A DNA stretch of 54,676 nt from an uncultured Planctomycetales bacterium (GTDB lineage Bacteria > Omnitrophota > Gorgyraeia > Gygaellales > Profunditerraquicolaceae). The stretch is from contig CAZOSW010000004.1 in assembly GCA_964582765.1 (NCBI GenBank), positions 1-54,676 on the forward strand, read 5' to 3'. The first letter of the stretch is position 1. Every line of letters begins with the position of its first letter. The notes beneath the pieces are model-generated. The model was given only the letters and a program-made list of their open reading frames with translations, searched no databases and was not told the DNA's origin. The translations under genes and the position numbers were made by a program. Shown here piece by piece: positions 54,418-54,676 of this stretch.

Positions 54418-54427
54418 AGAATTTATT

Positions 54428-54676
54428 ATGGCAAGAGTTGAGCTGAATGTTCAGTTATTAGAGATGAGCAAGGATGCAATATCTCTTATTTATGTTGCCT
54501 GCCGGCAGTGTTATTCTGAAAAATTCGCAGGCGATGTTTTTTTAAATGAAACGACTACAGTAGAAAAACAGGAGGCTTTTGTTAAAAGTATTGTTGCCTC
54601 AGGACACCTTAGCCCGCTTGAGCATGTTAAGTTTACTTTTGCTATAGAAGGGGTCTCCCGGGCACTCACCCACCAG
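54428..54676 (+). CDS. thyX: Flavin-dependent thymidylate synthase ThyX (3' end truncated by the window)
   Basis: ASGHLSPLEHVKFTFAIEGVSRALTHQ precedes the expected RHR motif. The frame is open to the end of the window. AAGGAG SD 8 nt upstream. Confidence 0.85.
   Translation, partial: MARVELNVQLLEMSKDAISLIYVACRQCYSEKFAGDVFLNETTTVEKQEAFVKSIVASGHLSPLEHVKFTFAIEGVSRALTHQ

Noticed and set aside
54366-54444. 26-codon uORF (MYCVGVRYVAQCALVGKENLLWQELS) in the thyX leader, overlapping the thyX start.
   Set aside because: There is no SD upstream of its ATG. The frame is created by the GC-rich hairpin sequences themselves. I keep it only as a remote possibility under the thyX leader finding.
54499-54508. 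CTGCCGGCAG palindrome inside thyX, similar to the centre of the RND-tail palindrome.
   Set aside because: It encodes the conserved N-terminal ACRQC segment of ThyX and is only 10 nt long. It is most simply a coincidence and not a mobile palindromic element.
1-54676. Search by eye for CRISPR arrays, IS elements or transposases, integrases, toxin-antitoxin pairs, restriction-modification or other defence genes, tRNA/rRNA.
   Set aside because: I saw no regularly spaced direct repeats, no DDE, serine or tyrosine recombinase motifs, and no defence-type domains in any ORF. The negative result is limited by manual inspection and should be confirmed with tRNAscan-SE, Infernal/Rfam, minced and DefenseFinder/PADLOC.

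Overview
AT-rich bacterial chromosomal segment, probably from an uncultured anaerobe; I cannot assign taxonomy from sequence alone. All ~52 credible genes lie on the + strand, many with ATGA/TAATG overlaps, which implies long operons. I found no rRNA, tRNA, CRISPR array, transposase or phage genes.

Gene content in order:
- A partial NMO/FabK-like oxidoreductase.
- A cupin + GT4-fusion glycosyltransferase + GH130 glycosidase cluster.
- A lipoprotein, then an AtuA-like DUF1446/DUF4387 pair.
- hflK-hflC, an MscS-family channel, a lipoprotein and a P3-type P-ATPase.
- A solo GIY-YIG gene, then rubrerythrin with a coupled membrane protein.
- carB, followed by a stand-alone GMP-synthase ATP-pyrophosphatase subunit.
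- An arsenic island: DUF134 regulator, ArsP-like permease, arsM, thioredoxin-like protein, ArsF-like CxxC protein, CcdA/ArsG-like protein, acr3 and a frameshifted OsmC.
- A PH-domain protein and an output-less Cache-like membrane protein.
- Three consecutive tripartite efflux systems, each with its own TolC-family gene: TetR + TolC + MacA + MacB; TolC + MFP + RND + PG0541-like; TolC + HlyD + 2 ATPases + 2 ABC-2 permeases.
- pabB and a DEAD-box helicase, which sit between the second and third efflux systems.
- An orphan cbiM + PDGLE pair.
- gcvT-gcvH-gcvPA-gcvPB, a lipoate ligase, lipA, and the 5' part of thyX.

The most unusual signal is non-coding. Three promoter-proximal mini-ORFs (MVGPPSD, MVGPPST..., MPPRTTT...) have CCG-CCA Pro-Pro codons that form the 5' arm of an intrinsic terminator. 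They sit upstream of the glycosyltransferase operon, hflKC and the DEAD-box helicase. Two of them share an exact 19-nt core.

Other notable signals:
- A perfect 24-bp palindromic operator at the ars promoter, with a symmetric variant at the leaderless TetR gene.
- An 18-nt motif shared by structured leaders of gcvH and thyX.
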